From assembly GCF_001194135.2 (NCBI RefSeq), contig NC_068987.1, positions 35,796,269 through 35,847,594 on the forward strand: a stretch of 51,326 nt of DNA, written 5' to 3'. How positions within the stretch are numbered: position 1 is the first letter of the stretch; each line of letters starts with the position of its first letter. The translations under genes and the position numbers were made by a program. This document shows, piece after piece, positions 11,940-24,614 of the stretch. The stretch is from Octopus bimaculoides. Taxonomy: Eukaryota. Under the pieces are notes generated by a model that saw only the letters and a program-made list of their open reading frames with translations, was not told the DNA's origin and did no database searches.

Positions 11940-12181
11940 GTTAACCACATCTGTGACCTCTTAAGGGACACACACCACCCATGCGTGCCTTCCTGCTCCG
12001 CTTAATTCATTCTGTATTTCTATGATGTATTTTCTTATCTGTGCATGCGACTGCGCCTTTAACTATATAAGCGCCTGCTGCTGGTCTTGTCCCTTACTTG
12101 TGATATTTTTCTTGTATCCCTCCGTGACTTGTGTGTTCGTTCACACCATTGTCATCTTGGAGGTTATTGTTGCTGTCGTTT

Positions 12182-12216
<35 letters not shown>

Positions 12217-14520
12217 ATTGTTGTTGTGGTGTTGTTGTTGTTGATGTTGTTGTTGTTGATGGTGGTGGTGGTGGTGGTGGTGGTGGTGGTGATGTTGATG
12301 TTGTTCTTGTTGCTGGTATTGTTGTTCGTGTTGTTTTTCTTGCGACCAGTTATGAAGTTAATGTATTTGTGTTTGTCCATGTATTAAGTGCTAGCATACC
12401 ATGCTGTGAATATCCGTGAATTGTATAGAGTATCTATCTCTATTTCTTACTTCTTATATTCATCATGGGTATGTGCATGCTTTTTTGAGTGGGTATTACA
12501 CTATTTGTATTTGTTTTCTGGTATTTTTTCTTGTCTTTAGTTGCCGTATTGTGTGGTGTCGTGCGGTGTGGTAGTGCGGAGTGTTATTGTTCCATTCGTG
12601 TATTCTGGTGAGGCTCTGTCTTTCTATTACAATGTGTGTGTCCTTTCTAAGTTATGTATCGTGTCAGTTCTACGCCTTGATAATCCCTTAACCTTTATAT
12701 TATTAGCCGTTACTCTATGTTCTAACTGGTCATGTTGACAGAACACTGACGAGTTTCTCTCCTGTGTGAGCTCCGGCCATGGTTTATCTATTCGATCCCC
12801 TCTACTGTATGACGTCTCCCAAATGTAGGTTGTTGTCTTGTTCCTGCATCGTCCTTTAGTACACCATAAACTACAGGCTATATTTCTAATCTTACAGTTA
12901 AACTGTGGGTTCAGCCTTCATGTTATATAATTGTTCTCCGTACATGGGGACCTATCCAAGGGAAAACGTTTAAAAGATCAGGGATTTTATGGGTTCCAAG
13001 GCCTCTCTCTTACTTTAATCCGTAGATTTATCTCTTCTAACGCTTTTCAAAAATGGTATGCTAGTTCGCCGCCGGTGGTAGCATCAACGAATATGACACT
13101 CTGGTATATATTTGCTTGTCATATAATGAGTTTGTCATACCATGAGATTTCCCTGTCCTTTCCGTGCTGTTCCAAGAGTTACTCCCGTATAGCGAGCAGA
13201 CCCCCATTTGCATCACTCTCTATGATAGCTTTGTATTTAGTCATGGCTCCTTTGTACACTCTAGTCTTGGTTGCTGCCAGAGAATTGCATGCGGTGGATG
13301 AAATGCGGTATGTGTCTTTCTAATTCTAAAGTGTCACTCATGCGGGACACATTCCTCATCATTCTCATCAGGACCGATACTAGAATTTTAAATTTGGCGT
13401 TGTTTGCAACAGATGCGTTCTGGTGAACCAGGTATTTGGAGGTAATGGGTTTGGTATAATGGGAATGAAGGATTCGTACTTTACTGTTCTTGCTTTCCAG
13501 CCAGCGTTCTGTTTCTAAGACAGGAAGCTTATAGTTCGGCTACTTGTTAGGGTAGTCTACTGTTACCTTAATACTCTGGTAGATGGAATTAGTTACTTGC
13601 TGGATGCTTTCCATATTGTAAGCTTCTAGTTCATCGACATTATCATGTGGAGATGCTTTGGCCACTATGTTTATATCATCCATATAGCGGGAGTACATAG
13701 TTAGGATTACGGAGTTTTCTGCTAATCTCTATTTGAGTCTCCCTATCCCACCATTCTATAAATAGCCACATCGCCAGCGATACTGATACCGATGGCTGTA
13801 CCATCCTCCTGGCTGTATAATTTGTTATTAAACTTAAATATGTGACCCTTAACTGTACACGCACCCACCGCATATGCAACCATCTTTTTAATCCGATCGT
13901 GGTTCCCGGGGGTTCTATCACCCTAGTTCACTCGTTCCATCTCCCTTTAGAAGTCGTCTTGGCCATTGAAGTTACAGGTCTAGTGGGGCAGAAACAACTA
14001 AGGTCATGTTCATCTATGTAATCCTTGTGACATGTCAGTCTCAGGAAGAGGCCACGTTCTTCTACACCACGAAATTCCATGCTGATCTCGCTGATTAATT
14101 CCAGACATTTTTCCGCAGCAAATCAATATCAATGGATGGGTATAAGGATACTACATCCATACTGCCTATTATGGTCGAAGGCATGGTTGCTTTCATTGAT
14201 TATGCTGTGGAGGTCCTCTGTGATATCATTGAAATCAGGGTACATTCTGATCCGAGAGCGTATTATCATAGAGAGGGAGTACGATATTCGGTAATCGTTA
14301 GCAACATTGGCTCCACAGACCAGTCATGTTGGTGGTCCTGTCACTGAGTCAGTGGTCACCTTATGATCCTTGCGGGGCTTTATCCAGCACTGGGATGTCG
14401 TTATTAACGGCCCGGAAGCGTCTTTGCACCTAAGATGTTTGACAACATCATCATGTCAGCATTGAGGACCTTCTCTCTCTTTCCTCATATTTCTGTATCG
14501 TTGTTTCCCTCATATTGGGC
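11940..14520 (-). mobile_element. 5'-truncated Penelope-like retroelement (RT + GIY-YIG + 3' pLTR), pseudogenised
   Basis: Minus-strand motifs: 'IIGSMDVVSLYPSIDID', 'HIFKFNNKLYSQEDGTAIGISIAGDVA', 'SRYMDDINIV', 'SIYQSIKVTVDYP...KLPVLE', 'HYTKPITSKYLVHQNAS', 'YIWETSYSRG...SSVFCQHDQLEH'. The coding part spans about 12540-14520, followed by the 3' non-coding region. Confidence 0.88.
12180..12330. repeat. Compound trinucleotide microsatellite (TAG)n/(TTG)n/(GGT)n
   Basis: Direct reading; lies inside the PLE 3' non-coding region. Confidence 0.95.
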
Positions 14521-14855
14521 GGGCACGGATACAAATAACATAGTATGCAAACCGATATACACCACAAACACACACACAATAACATCACTAACGGTCACAA
14601 CAAAAACAACAACAGTAACAACAAGCATCACGATGGCAGAGGTATGAACACAGAGACACAGAGGGTTAACAGAACAATATCAAAAGTAACCGTCAAGAGC
14701 AGCAGCGGCAGCGGCAGAATAGTTACGCAGCTGTATGCGCAGCTAAGGAAATACATCATAGAAGGACAGAATGGATTAAGCGGACGAGGAAGTCACACAT
14801 GGACTGAAAGGGTCGCTGAAGAGGTCAGAACTTTGTGACGAAAGAATTCCAGATA
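14520..14855 (+). mobile_element. Inverted pLTR copy of the 11940-14520 PLE
   Basis: 14745 'gaaatacatcatagaaggacagaatggattaagcgga' matches the reverse complement of about 12005-12045 'aaaatacatcatagaaatacagaatgaattaagcgga'. 14525-14620 matches the reverse complement of about 12330-12420. Confidence 0.8.
14811..14853 (+). ncRNA. Minimal type-I hammerhead motif in the inverted pLTR (partly decayed)
   Basis: CTGAAGA-G-GTCA-gaactttg-TGAC-GAAA-GAAT-TC. The core and a 4-bp helix II are intact; helix I is weak. The homologue at about 11945-11965 (-) reads CTTAAGAGGTCACagatGTGG. Confidence 0.55.
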
Positions 14856-16534
14856 ATGGAGAAGCATTTTTACCCACAGTCACCTGTCAAATACCCGTGA
14901 TCTCACCATCGTAGCTGATTAAGTCGCCCAAGGTACGATCATGATATGACATTTTCTAATGGATTTTAGGTTAATTACTCATTGCAATTTGCAAACACGT
15001 ATACATGTTTTCAGCGTGTGTTGTATAAATCTATGCACGTAAAGATATTTTTCCTTTATCCTTTTCCAAGTTTTCGCTTTAGATACAGCAATGTACACAC
15101 GTTGATATTAACATGTGCGAGTGTTTTTGAGTGCCAAAAGTGCGTCTCTATATTTGGGTATCTTACAACATACATGAAAGAGTAAGTGCGATACTAATAA
15201 CCTTTTTCAGTATGCATTGCAGTTTATCTATGTATGACATTTTATGAAAATTTTATATTTTTTTTTTTCCCCTTGTATCACATGTTTTCTGTAACACAGT
15301 ATACTGCAAGAATAATTTCAAAGAATAATTTCAAAGAGTTATGAGAATTCCAAATTTGCTAAAATTATTTCTAATATAATCAAGCTAACTTCTTTAATCC
15401 TCAAAATTAAATTTCGCCAACGAAATTATATCATACAATATTTGAAAGCACCACAGCCATACAAATAGTATACTTTTACACTCACATCGTGCAGAATCTA
15501 AAGATAGGCTATCATGTTAGGTTTTCCTCTTATTCATAGTACCAAAAGTGAAAAAAAAAAAATTTTATGTGCTATATTAAACAATTTAATTCAACAGGAT
15601 TATCATGTCACATAACAAACTATGAAGTTTGGATAAATGGTAACGGATTATATTTTCTCGCACTATTTTGAAAATAGAAACTAAAAAATAAAAAAAAACA
15701 TTTTGTCGAATCGTTAAATCTTCCATTCCTTTCTTTCTGAAACAAAAAATAAATACCTACGAAATGCAAGAATTCATGCTGAGCAATAACAAATGATGAA
15801 CGATCACTTTTATACTATTTATTTATAGCAGAATATATTGTGACATTTAGAAAATAACACGAGTTGGATAGTTGGTCCGTTTCCTTAGCTTTGATACAAT
15901 AAACATTATTGAAGTTAGATATTAAGTTAGATATTAATAAAAAAAAAACACATTATACGTAAAAAGTGAGGCGCGACAAATCATCAACCAGTAGATAAAC
16001 GGGAATGGTAGAATGGTAGATATCAATATTTAGCTTTAATTTCATCTCAATCGATACAGTCCACTCGGGTCACCCTCGAAACGAATACAAATCTCTAATC
16101 AGAGTATATGCATATAGCGTAATATAAATATAAATATGAATATATCAATTTTTGTGAGCTCAATCGGCCGTTTGAATGAACATTCCCATAATGATGTTAT
16201 TTTTCCTGCAGCTTTTGTCCGATTTTGAAGAAAATCGATGAGTGAGTTAGGCTGTTGGCATTGAGTTGATGTCAGTATATCGTTGCACCATTGAGCACGT
16301 CATCGTCAGATGCAAAATCTCCGATCCGTCAACAAAAACTCCGTCGCCTGCTCTGACCATTTTTCCTCCGCCTGCCACATATCTACTTATCCTGCAACAG
16401 CATGTCGGACCAGAAATAACAAGGTAATGGTTAATAGTTCTCACGGGAACGTAGAAGGTTTCAATACAAGTTCAGAGGTGGTCTTAACTTCAACATGGAA
16501 AACATGAGCAACGCCATATCCAAGAGCTAGTGAA

Positions 16535-16546
16535 TATATATATATG

Positions 16547-16602
<56 letters not shown>

Positions 16603-16658
16603 CGTGCGTGTGTGTGTGTGTATGTGTGTGTGTGCGTGTGTGTGTGTGTGTGTGTGTA
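16535..16658. repeat. (TG)n microsatellite
   Basis: Direct reading. Confidence 0.97.
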
Positions 16659-17164
16659 GTACCATCAATCCCAAGCAGTGCTTAGGAATGAACGAACTTT
16701 AGGCTAGTTTGTGATAAATTTGAACTTCGAAAGACAATTTCTCTACATTTACCGAGGAGAAAAATTCTCTCTTGTGGTAAAAATGTACAGTCATATCTTC
16801 CCAATGCCTCCGTCTAGTAAATTTTCTGAATCACGTTTCCGGCTATTAAGCCTCCTTCAGTGGGAAATACAGCAAGCGAGATTACCCTGTGTATTTTCAA
16901 ATTCCTATCTTTAGCTGAAAAATAATCAACAACTCCGACTAAATGCGCTGGTTGACCACCTGGGCAGATGAGAATAGTAGCATCAGCGACATAATAGTCG
17001 AATGTCACTGCAACAGAAAATAAGAATTTTAAGTCAGTGATGTCGCAAATAGGCTGCAGACTTTTCAAACAAATCATTAAAAGCGACAGAAGCAGTATTA
17101 ATATCAAAAGGCAATCCTTCTCTACAACTTAACTGGATGCAATATTTTGGAAGCATGATTTTAA

Positions 17165-17460
17165 TATTCTTTTATTTGTTTCAATAATTTGACTGCGGCC
17201 ATGCTGCAGCGCCGTCTTTAGTTCAACGAATCGACCCCAGGACTTATTCTTTGTAAGCCTAGTACTTATTCTATCGGTCTCTTTTCCGATGGTGGAAGCA
17301 CAGATATAGACACGCGCACACAAAAACACACAAATACATATACATACACATATATATATATGATGAAGACACCTTCCAAACAGGCCACGCAGTGAGACTG
17401 AACCATGAACGATGTGGTTGGGAAGCAAGCTCATTATCACACAGCCACCTCTGTACCTAT
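17165..17460 (-). mobile_element. SINE family A, near-complete (tail, central CA/TA tract, head)
   Basis: Tail 'tttgactgcggccatgctg...atcgaccccaggacttattctttgtaagcctagtacttattctatcggtc' and head 'atgtggttgggaagcaagc...cacacagccac'. Confidence 0.85.
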
Positions 17461-18494
17461 AATTAATTACTCAAAATTTAGATAGCCTTGCACTGTTATC
17501 ATTAATAACTCAAGTATAAAGTGTGTAGAGGCGCAATGTTTAAAGCGCTTAGCTAAAAGTATTGTGTTATTTAATTTCGAGACCAAATCTCTTCAGAGTC
17601 GTCTGCAATTTTCATTCTAATATAACAAGTGTAAAACCGCATGAAACAATAATGTTTTCACTTGTATCAAACATACATACACTAAAATTACTTTTCGAAA
17701 TGAGTTTATTTCAAGAACGATTATTTGAGGAATGTAATCTATTATTGTATTGTTTCATAAATTCCGAAATGAAGCATTTGGTATACCGACATTGTGACAA
17801 TTGACTCCTTTTTGTTTTTTTTTCAGAAATAATTATGTGTAATTATATTTGGTGCTCCACACTGGTATTTTGACAACAATGGATATGTAACTTTCTCGTA
17901 CATTTCGGAAAGCTGTGGGTTAGGATACAATCTTCAAACTAGAATTGATTGTAGCTTGATTCCCTTCACTAAACACTCATGTTTCTGACTTTATCTCCAT
18001 CCGATTGATGTACAACTGCCCTTGTACTTTAATATTTTCATTAAATGCATCTTATAAAAATAATATTACAACTTGTATTTTTTGATTTGCATCTTCTGTC
18101 TCTCAGTATACATCCAATAAATCACTTAATTAGTGTAGCACTTAAAAGGTAATGGCCTATTTTATGTGATGTAGTTCAGAATTAATAACAAAGTATGGTA
18201 GTTATTACATGTCATTATATATAAACTTTATTTTAGAGAAGCTGGATGAGAAATATTATCTCTGCGCCGATGGGTGTCATTAAGCTATAAAAAGAGGTCC
18301 AACGCTAGAATTCCACGTGAATACAAACCAAGAAAATAAAGACTCAAAATAAAATAACCAGAGATAATGGAAAACAAGTGTTCAAATAAATCGTAACATA
18401 AAAGAGAAAGAAAAACAGACTGAAAATAAGGTTTTACTTGAAGACAAATAAAGAAATAATGGAATCATTATAGTATTAGCTAACCACAACAATA

Positions 18495-18577
18495 AGGAAA
18501 ATGACGACAACAGCAACAACGAAGATGATGGTGATGATGATGATAACAATAATAATAATAACAACAACAGCAACAGC

Positions 18578-18610
<33 letters not shown>

Positions 18611-18642
18611 AACAACAACAACAATAATAATAATAATAATAA
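18495..18642. repeat. (AAC)n/(AAT)n/(GAT)n microsatellite at the 5' flank of an R4-like LINE
   Basis: Direct reading. Confidence 0.95.
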
Positions 18643-18644
18643 TT

Positions 18645-21165
18645 GGGAAACAATGCGGTGCATAAAAGAGATGCAACGTTGGTAGGCACTGTCAAGGCAG
18701 AATTACACGCAGGAAAGAAACAAAAGAATATTGCCGTAAGCATGGGTGATGTGAAAGAACAAGCGGGTAAAGTGCCTAACGGGAAAGCACCCCCCCCCCG
18801 ACCAGATGGGATTCATGGCCTCAATCTGAAGTGATGTCACGCGGTGCATGAAAGACTAGCAGTCCAATTCAATGAGTGTGTCTAAAAAGGTAAAGTCCCC
18901 GCGTGGATTGTGACTGTGAGAACATTTATAATGTAAAATAGAAGAAAGAGGAATATCATGAGAAACCACCGTCCCATAACATGCCTAAATATAATCTGGA
19001 GAATACTAGTGGAATATGTGCAGCAAAGACATACGATTTCCTGACACAGGAAGAAATGCTACAAAGGGAAAAAAAGGATGTAGGAAGAGTTATCAGAGTA
19101 CCAAGGATAAAACAGTGTTGAAGCATTGTAAATCAGCATCATAGAAACATGTCTATGGCTTGGAGTACTTTAAGGAGGCATATGACATGGTGCCTCATTC
19201 ATGGATCGTTAAATGCCTTCAGATGTTTGGTGTTGCTGACAACATCACAAATTTTCTGATGCATAGCATGAAAGAGAGGAAAAACAAATTGTACTCAAGT
19301 AGTATATTCCTTGCAGAAGTTAATATTAAAAGGGATATATTACAAGGTGACTCGTTTCCTCCTTTACTTTTTGTAATTACACTAATAACTATAACAACGA
19401 CACTTAGGAAAGTTAAGATGGGTTAACGATATGGGAGGAAAGTCCCAACCTTCAACCATCTTCTGTTTATGGAGTACCTGAATTGTTTGGGGAATTCTGC
19501 AAAAACGGATATATTCCTTAACCAAAACAGTCCAGAAGTGTGGTAGGGACATTGGTATGGAATTTGGGATTAATATGAAAAGATTACTTAATATGAAATG
19601 AGGGAAGAAAGCAGCCTTCATAAGATCGCGGTTACCATCACGAGAGGCTATGGGTGAATCCGACGGAAGTGGGTATAGATACTTAGGGAGTTTGGAGCTG
19701 GAGGACATTCCACACAGGAAATGAAGGTCAAGGTCAGCGAGGAGTATCAAAAAGGGTGAGGATGGTGTTGAAATCCAACCTGAATGCCAAAACGTTCATT
19801 ACCGCAGTGAATATCTGGGCAGTTGCGGTGGTCAAATATAGTGCGTGCATCTTCAAATGGACTAAGGAGGAAATACCAACACTGGATAGAAGGCCGAGAA
19901 AGTTGATGACGCTTCATCGAGTGCCACACCTAAAGCAAACATAAACAGACTGTATATGAAAAGAAAGAATGTTAGCAGGGGAATATTTAGTATAGAAAAT
20001 TGTATAAGGAGTGAAAGGAGAACGCTTGTTGAGTATTTGATAAATGGTGATGAAGACTTACTACAATATGCGTCGAAAGATATGGGTGTAAATGCAGATG
20101 AAATGATGGGCAAGGAAGAGTTTAACCAAAGAGCTGAGGAGAAGAGAAAAAGACCTTCATGAAATGAGAATGCATGGACAGTTTAAAAGGAATACACAGG
20201 ACGTTAAGTACAATATAGTATCGTGGGAATGGCTTGAGCGAGGTGATTTGAAACGTTCCACCGAAAACCTGATCATTGGTGCACAAGACCAGACTCTTGC
20301 TACCAATTCAGTGAAAAATAACATCTATAAAACTTATGACACCTAGAAATGCAGAGTCTGTGGAAATAGTGTGGAAAATGTGACCCACTTGGATGTGAGA
20401 GCCTTGCAGAGAAAGAATACAAGCGCCGCCATGATAAAGTGTGTGTGTATCTTCAGTGGCTCTTATGGCGTAATTACCAATATGATGTAACAGAGAACTG
20501 GTATGAGCATATACCAACTAAAATTATGCAGAAGGATGGAAAAGTAACGATACTCTGAAACTATAATGTTCAGACAGTTTGTGTAATGGAACACCGTCGG
20601 CTGGATATCGTCATCTTGAATAAGAAAGACAAATACTATCAGATCATCGATGTAGCCATAGAAAATGACATGAGGTTGAAAAAATCACTAAGTACTCTGA
20701 ATTGAAAGTGGAAATGGCAAGACTGTAGAGAATGCGAGCGGGTTATATAAAAGAAGTACAAGCTGTGTTCTAAGCGCTGAGCTCAATCTCATCGAAGCTT
20801 CAAGACATCTTAAAGCAAATCCCAAGAGTGTGGCATCTTAAAGTTGGAACTGTTCCTGTTATGACGGGTGCCTTAGGTATGATAAGAGAGGATGTCAGAA
20901 ACATCTCGATAAGATCCCAAGAGAACCATGGCTCAGATTAATCCAAATGATTGTGCTAACAAGTACTGCCCACATCTTTAGAAAAACCATATAAATTTAA
21001 ATGTGTGTGTTGTTTTACATGTAGATATTTCGCTACTGCTCCTGCCACCTCCCCTCCATAAGCTTTCAGTGAAACTATATTATCTTTTCTTCTTCACTTG
21101 TCCCAGGACGCTGGGTGTGCCTCCGCAAGAGATTGTATCAAACATGATGTGCGATGTCGTTGTTG
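18645..21165 (+). mobile_element. R4/Dong-like non-LTR retrotransposon (RT, CCHC knuckle, REL endonuclease), 5'-truncated pseudogene
   Basis: Motifs 'NHRPITCLN', 'YFKEAYDMVPHSWI', 'ILQGDSFPPLLFVI', 'MHGQF...SWEWL...AQDQTLATN', 'CRVCG...YKRRHDKV', 'HRRLDIVIL...IIDVAI', 'VPVMTGALGMI', 'TAHIFRK'. Many stops and frameshifts. Confidence 0.9.
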
Positions 21166-21174
21166 TGGATAGAT

Positions 21175-22410
21175 TAGTCTTCTAAGGTAAATGTTCGTCC
21201 CTCAGCGACAAGTTTTGGATGGTCTTCATGCCAGTTCTTATGGTGCGAGATACCATTGTGATAGAATATTCTCCAGTGCAAGTATTGGCCCACTCGACCA
21301 TGCCCGGTTTTATATTCTGTAGGGTTAAATTACTAGGCAACCGGCAACAGTGTGGACATTACACTCAAGTTTGTCATTGCAGAGTCTATACTTTGTGTCT
21401 ACCCGATTGTATGTGATATTAGCTTGAAAGTTACTGGTGAGGCGACTCTGATCTCGTGCCGCTAGGATAAACCCTTCTGTTTCAGCTTTCAAAATAGCTC
21501 TCTATAACTGCTTATCAGTTCTTCTTATATCTACATTAGCTTCCCCAGCTCATCTAGGGTATTTTCCAGGCAATGGTTCTTCTTGCCAGTCTCGATGTTT
21601 CCTTCAAGTTTTTCTGTTCGGCATTTGTTTTACACATTCTTGCTGCCTTGGTGGGTGGTATCATAACAATGGAAGTGAAGCACTCGTCTGTATTTATATG
21701 CCACTTTTGAGATTCACTGCAGCGTGTTGCTATGTTCTTGTTGTCTTACCAGCTATATCACTAGTCGGTGTTACTTTGTATGTACACTTGAAGTCCTTTT
21801 GTTGTCGTTTTATAGGACGTTTCAAGCTGGATCAGGCCTCTGTTGCCTTCCTTTAGTGGGAAATAGAGCCTCTGAACGTCAGATTTTGGGTGGTGCGTCC
21901 TGTTTAGTGTCAGCGGTTCCCTGGTCTGTATGTCCATAGGCCGGATATCACTCAGATTCCCAGCACTTTACAGCTGCAATTCTCTTTTTAGAGTTCAGCT
22001 CAGTATTCAGGATCATTCTGATACGTGTATAATACTCCCTCCTGATCTTGTCTTTCATTGATCCATGCTCAACCCCATTCCTTTTGTGTATTCCAAGATA
22101 CTTATAGAAGCCGTCTTAGTGCAGGTCCATGATCAAGTTGGGTCGTGTTATTAGATATCAGTTTGAACTAAGCTTTTGCACACTTGCGAAGGCCAAATTC
22201 TATATTGATGCCATCGCTGAATTTTTTCACATTTACTGCTAGACTTTTTAAATCCTTGTCATCGTTTGTACATAACGTCCAATTGTCCATACAGAGCAAG
22301 CGTGAGATGATTTTGTCAAATAATTTGTAACCGTACTCTGTTTTATTCAGCTCGTGAGATAAGGGAGTGAGGGAGAGACAGCAGAGGAGAATGGGGAGTG
22401 AATTGCTTTC
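21175..22410 (-). mobile_element. R4/Dong-like LINE fragment A (RT C-terminus to knuckle/RHD)
   Basis: Minus strand: 'LTPLSHELNKTEYGYKLFDKII', 'LPGKYPR..EANVD', 'LKAETEGFILAARDQS', 'RHGRVGQYLHWRI...KNWHEDHPKLV'. Confidence 0.85.
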
Positions 22411-24150
22411 ATCTTCGTATGTCTAAGTATTGGTATATGAGAAGTTATGGTTACTTTGTCATTTTCTGACATGTTGTTCTGGAATATACGCAGAGCATTT
22501 CTTGCCTTTGTATTCCATAGTGCTGGCGTAATATCCAGGGTATTTAATTCCCAGTTCTATCATGCCTTGTGAGACACTCTTTCTTGACTAAAACTAGGCA
22601 GCCAGAGAAAGTGTGTCTCAATGTTTCTTACTCATTATCACATATACTGCAGTTACTGTATTATGCTTCATTTTGCGTTTGTGGTAATTTCTGGTGGGTG
22701 GCTTTGATCTTGTGCTGCAATAAAGTACCTTTCAATTTGCACCTCTCAACTGGCGTTAGTATTTTATTTTATCTATTTCTCCTATCTTAAGCTTATTTCA
22801 ACAATTGCCATAAAGTGGGCTTTTGTTGCTATCGTTTTATCATGTCATTATGTCGTCCCAAATGTAGTTTATATTTTACTTGCTCTACAGTTATCGTTGT
22901 TTCTTTCTTTTTATTTATGTTTTTTTTCCATAATTTATTACTTCTTATGTCCACATCCTTGTAGTTTTCGGCTTCCTTCGGAAAATAGGGTTTTGCTTTG
23001 TTCGCGCATTGTAACCATTTTAACCAGCTTTCTTAACTGCTGAATTAGATGTTTCTTTATAGTTCGAGGCGGATATATCATAGTTTTCTAGCGATTTAAG
23101 GCATAGAATGCCTTCAATTATTTATACATATAATATTTCTATGTCTGATTTTGGTTCATGTATTCCATATACAGTCTTTTTTTTCTTGTTTAATCCTCTA
23201 GTCTTAAAAGTCCATTCAGTGTTCTGTTAAGAATATCATATTTCTAACATATAAGGGACATTTAGAATAGTTATGCCTGTTACCGTATTCTTTTCCTATT
23301 TAGCTGTTTCGGTATTAATCTAATAAGTTTAAAGTATTCCTTTCTTATCTTTCCTTGCATTAGTACCTATAATACCTTATTTAGTTAATTGATTCTCAGG
23401 TGCTTGTAAAGCTGGGCTTGGTTTCATTCTCTTACTTGAGCTTCATTATCTAGTATGATATTGATGTTCTTAATTAATTTTGCCTTCTACAAATTTACTT
23501 TGGTACAGTTTTCTAAGCCCAAACTCATATTGATTTATTTGGCATATTCGTGAACTGCTTGTTTCCTATTCTTATGGCAGCATACAACTTCACAAAATCT
23601 ATGTAGAAGAGATGGCTGGAAATAATTTTACCATAACAATTGTATCAACATTGAATGTTGTTTAAAATGCTAATTAAATACATCAATAAATTACAGACAG
23701 AATAGAAATGTATTGAGGGGATCTACTTGAAATATTCTTCTTGTAACGTGGATGAGTTTAGGTTTTATGCCTGTCTTTTGTGTCTGTAGCTGCAAAACTC
23801 TTAGCGATTTACTTCTGACATATTTCATTTTTTTTCTTTTATTGCTTTTGATATTTTATTTATGGATAGGATTTCTAAGATCAATGTGTGGAACTTATTG
23901 TCAAAATATTCTAGTGGTCAATACATACCATGCTTGTACACTTCTTTTATTCTTTAGGCAATTTCAGGTTATGGCTTTTTACAACTATACGGTGTCTTGG
24001 AGCATTACTTCTGTTCTTCTCTGTACATGTCTGCTCCGTCCATAAAGGATTTTGAAAGCTATCTCTTGTTTTGTTATTTTATTCTATAGGTTTTGGTATC
24101 ATGATGCTTTTTCTGTTCTGCGAGTCATTCTGTTCTGCGAGTCATTCTGT
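22410..24150 (-). mobile_element. R4/Dong-like LINE fragment B (older, more decayed)
   Basis: Minus strand: 'KRRIFQVDPL' (QGD motif), 'IAAQDQSHPTRNY', 'ETLRHTFSGCLVLVKKECLTRHDRTG', 'ENDKVTI'. Confidence 0.8.
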
Positions 24151-24154
24151 TACT

Positions 24155-24610
24155 GTCCACTACACCATCAGCATTTCATAAAACCTCTTTGCTAGCCGAC
24201 AAATGTGATTACATGTATGCTGCAGTCCGCGATTTTTGTCACAGACTGGAAGTTGGAACATGCAGTATTGGGTTAAACCTTGGAAGTCTGCTACAGAGAC
24301 ATTGAGTTTTGGCAAGGTGACTGCGACGAGGCAATGGGTCGTAAGCAAAGTTTCGAGTGGCATGGGCGCTTCAAAAGCGGAATAATGTTCCTAGAAGACG
24401 ATGAGTAATCTGGAAAGTCTGCCCTGAGCGTCACGCCCAGAAATTCATTAGCTTGTGCAAGAGGACATTAGGCGAAGGGTACTGGATCTATAGACAGCGA
24501 AGAATTGAATTCTTCAAGTTGACAATACACCCTATCTTTGAACTACTCTACCTACTCGTGAGTTTCTCGCCCAAATCTAGTTGGTATAGCTTCCGAGTCC
24601 GCTCCATTCA
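24155..24610 (+). mobile_element. Internally deleted mariner remnant
   Basis: 'KLGKSATETL...DEAMGRKQSFEWHGRFKSG..LEDDE*SG' (HTH domain), followed after a deletion by '..DNTP...REFLA'. Confidence 0.75.
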
Positions 24611-24614
24611 CCAG

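Noticed and set aside
12740-12785. CTGACGAG...GAGCTC resembling a hammerhead
   Set aside because: No GAAA, and it is the antisense of the PLE GIY-YIG coding sequence.
15300-16020. Short tandem duplications (15-mer at ~15310, 13-mer at ~15915, 9-mer at ~16005)
   Set aside because: Ordinary slippage events with no array structure. No CRISPR-like repeats are present in the window.
16825-16865. Minus-strand CTGAAGGAGGCTTAATAGCCGGAAACGTG
   Set aside because: A9 is replaced by G, there is an extra G before GAAA, G at position 17, and no helix I.
17560-17600. Minus-strand CTGAAGAGA...TCTCGAAA
   Set aside because: Only a 2-bp helix II and no helix I; it probably lies in a decayed tRNA-like SINE head.
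18382-18743. Poly-L/C/V/N ORFs (also 12022-12419 and 27984-28281)
   Set aside because: Trinucleotide microsatellite translations.
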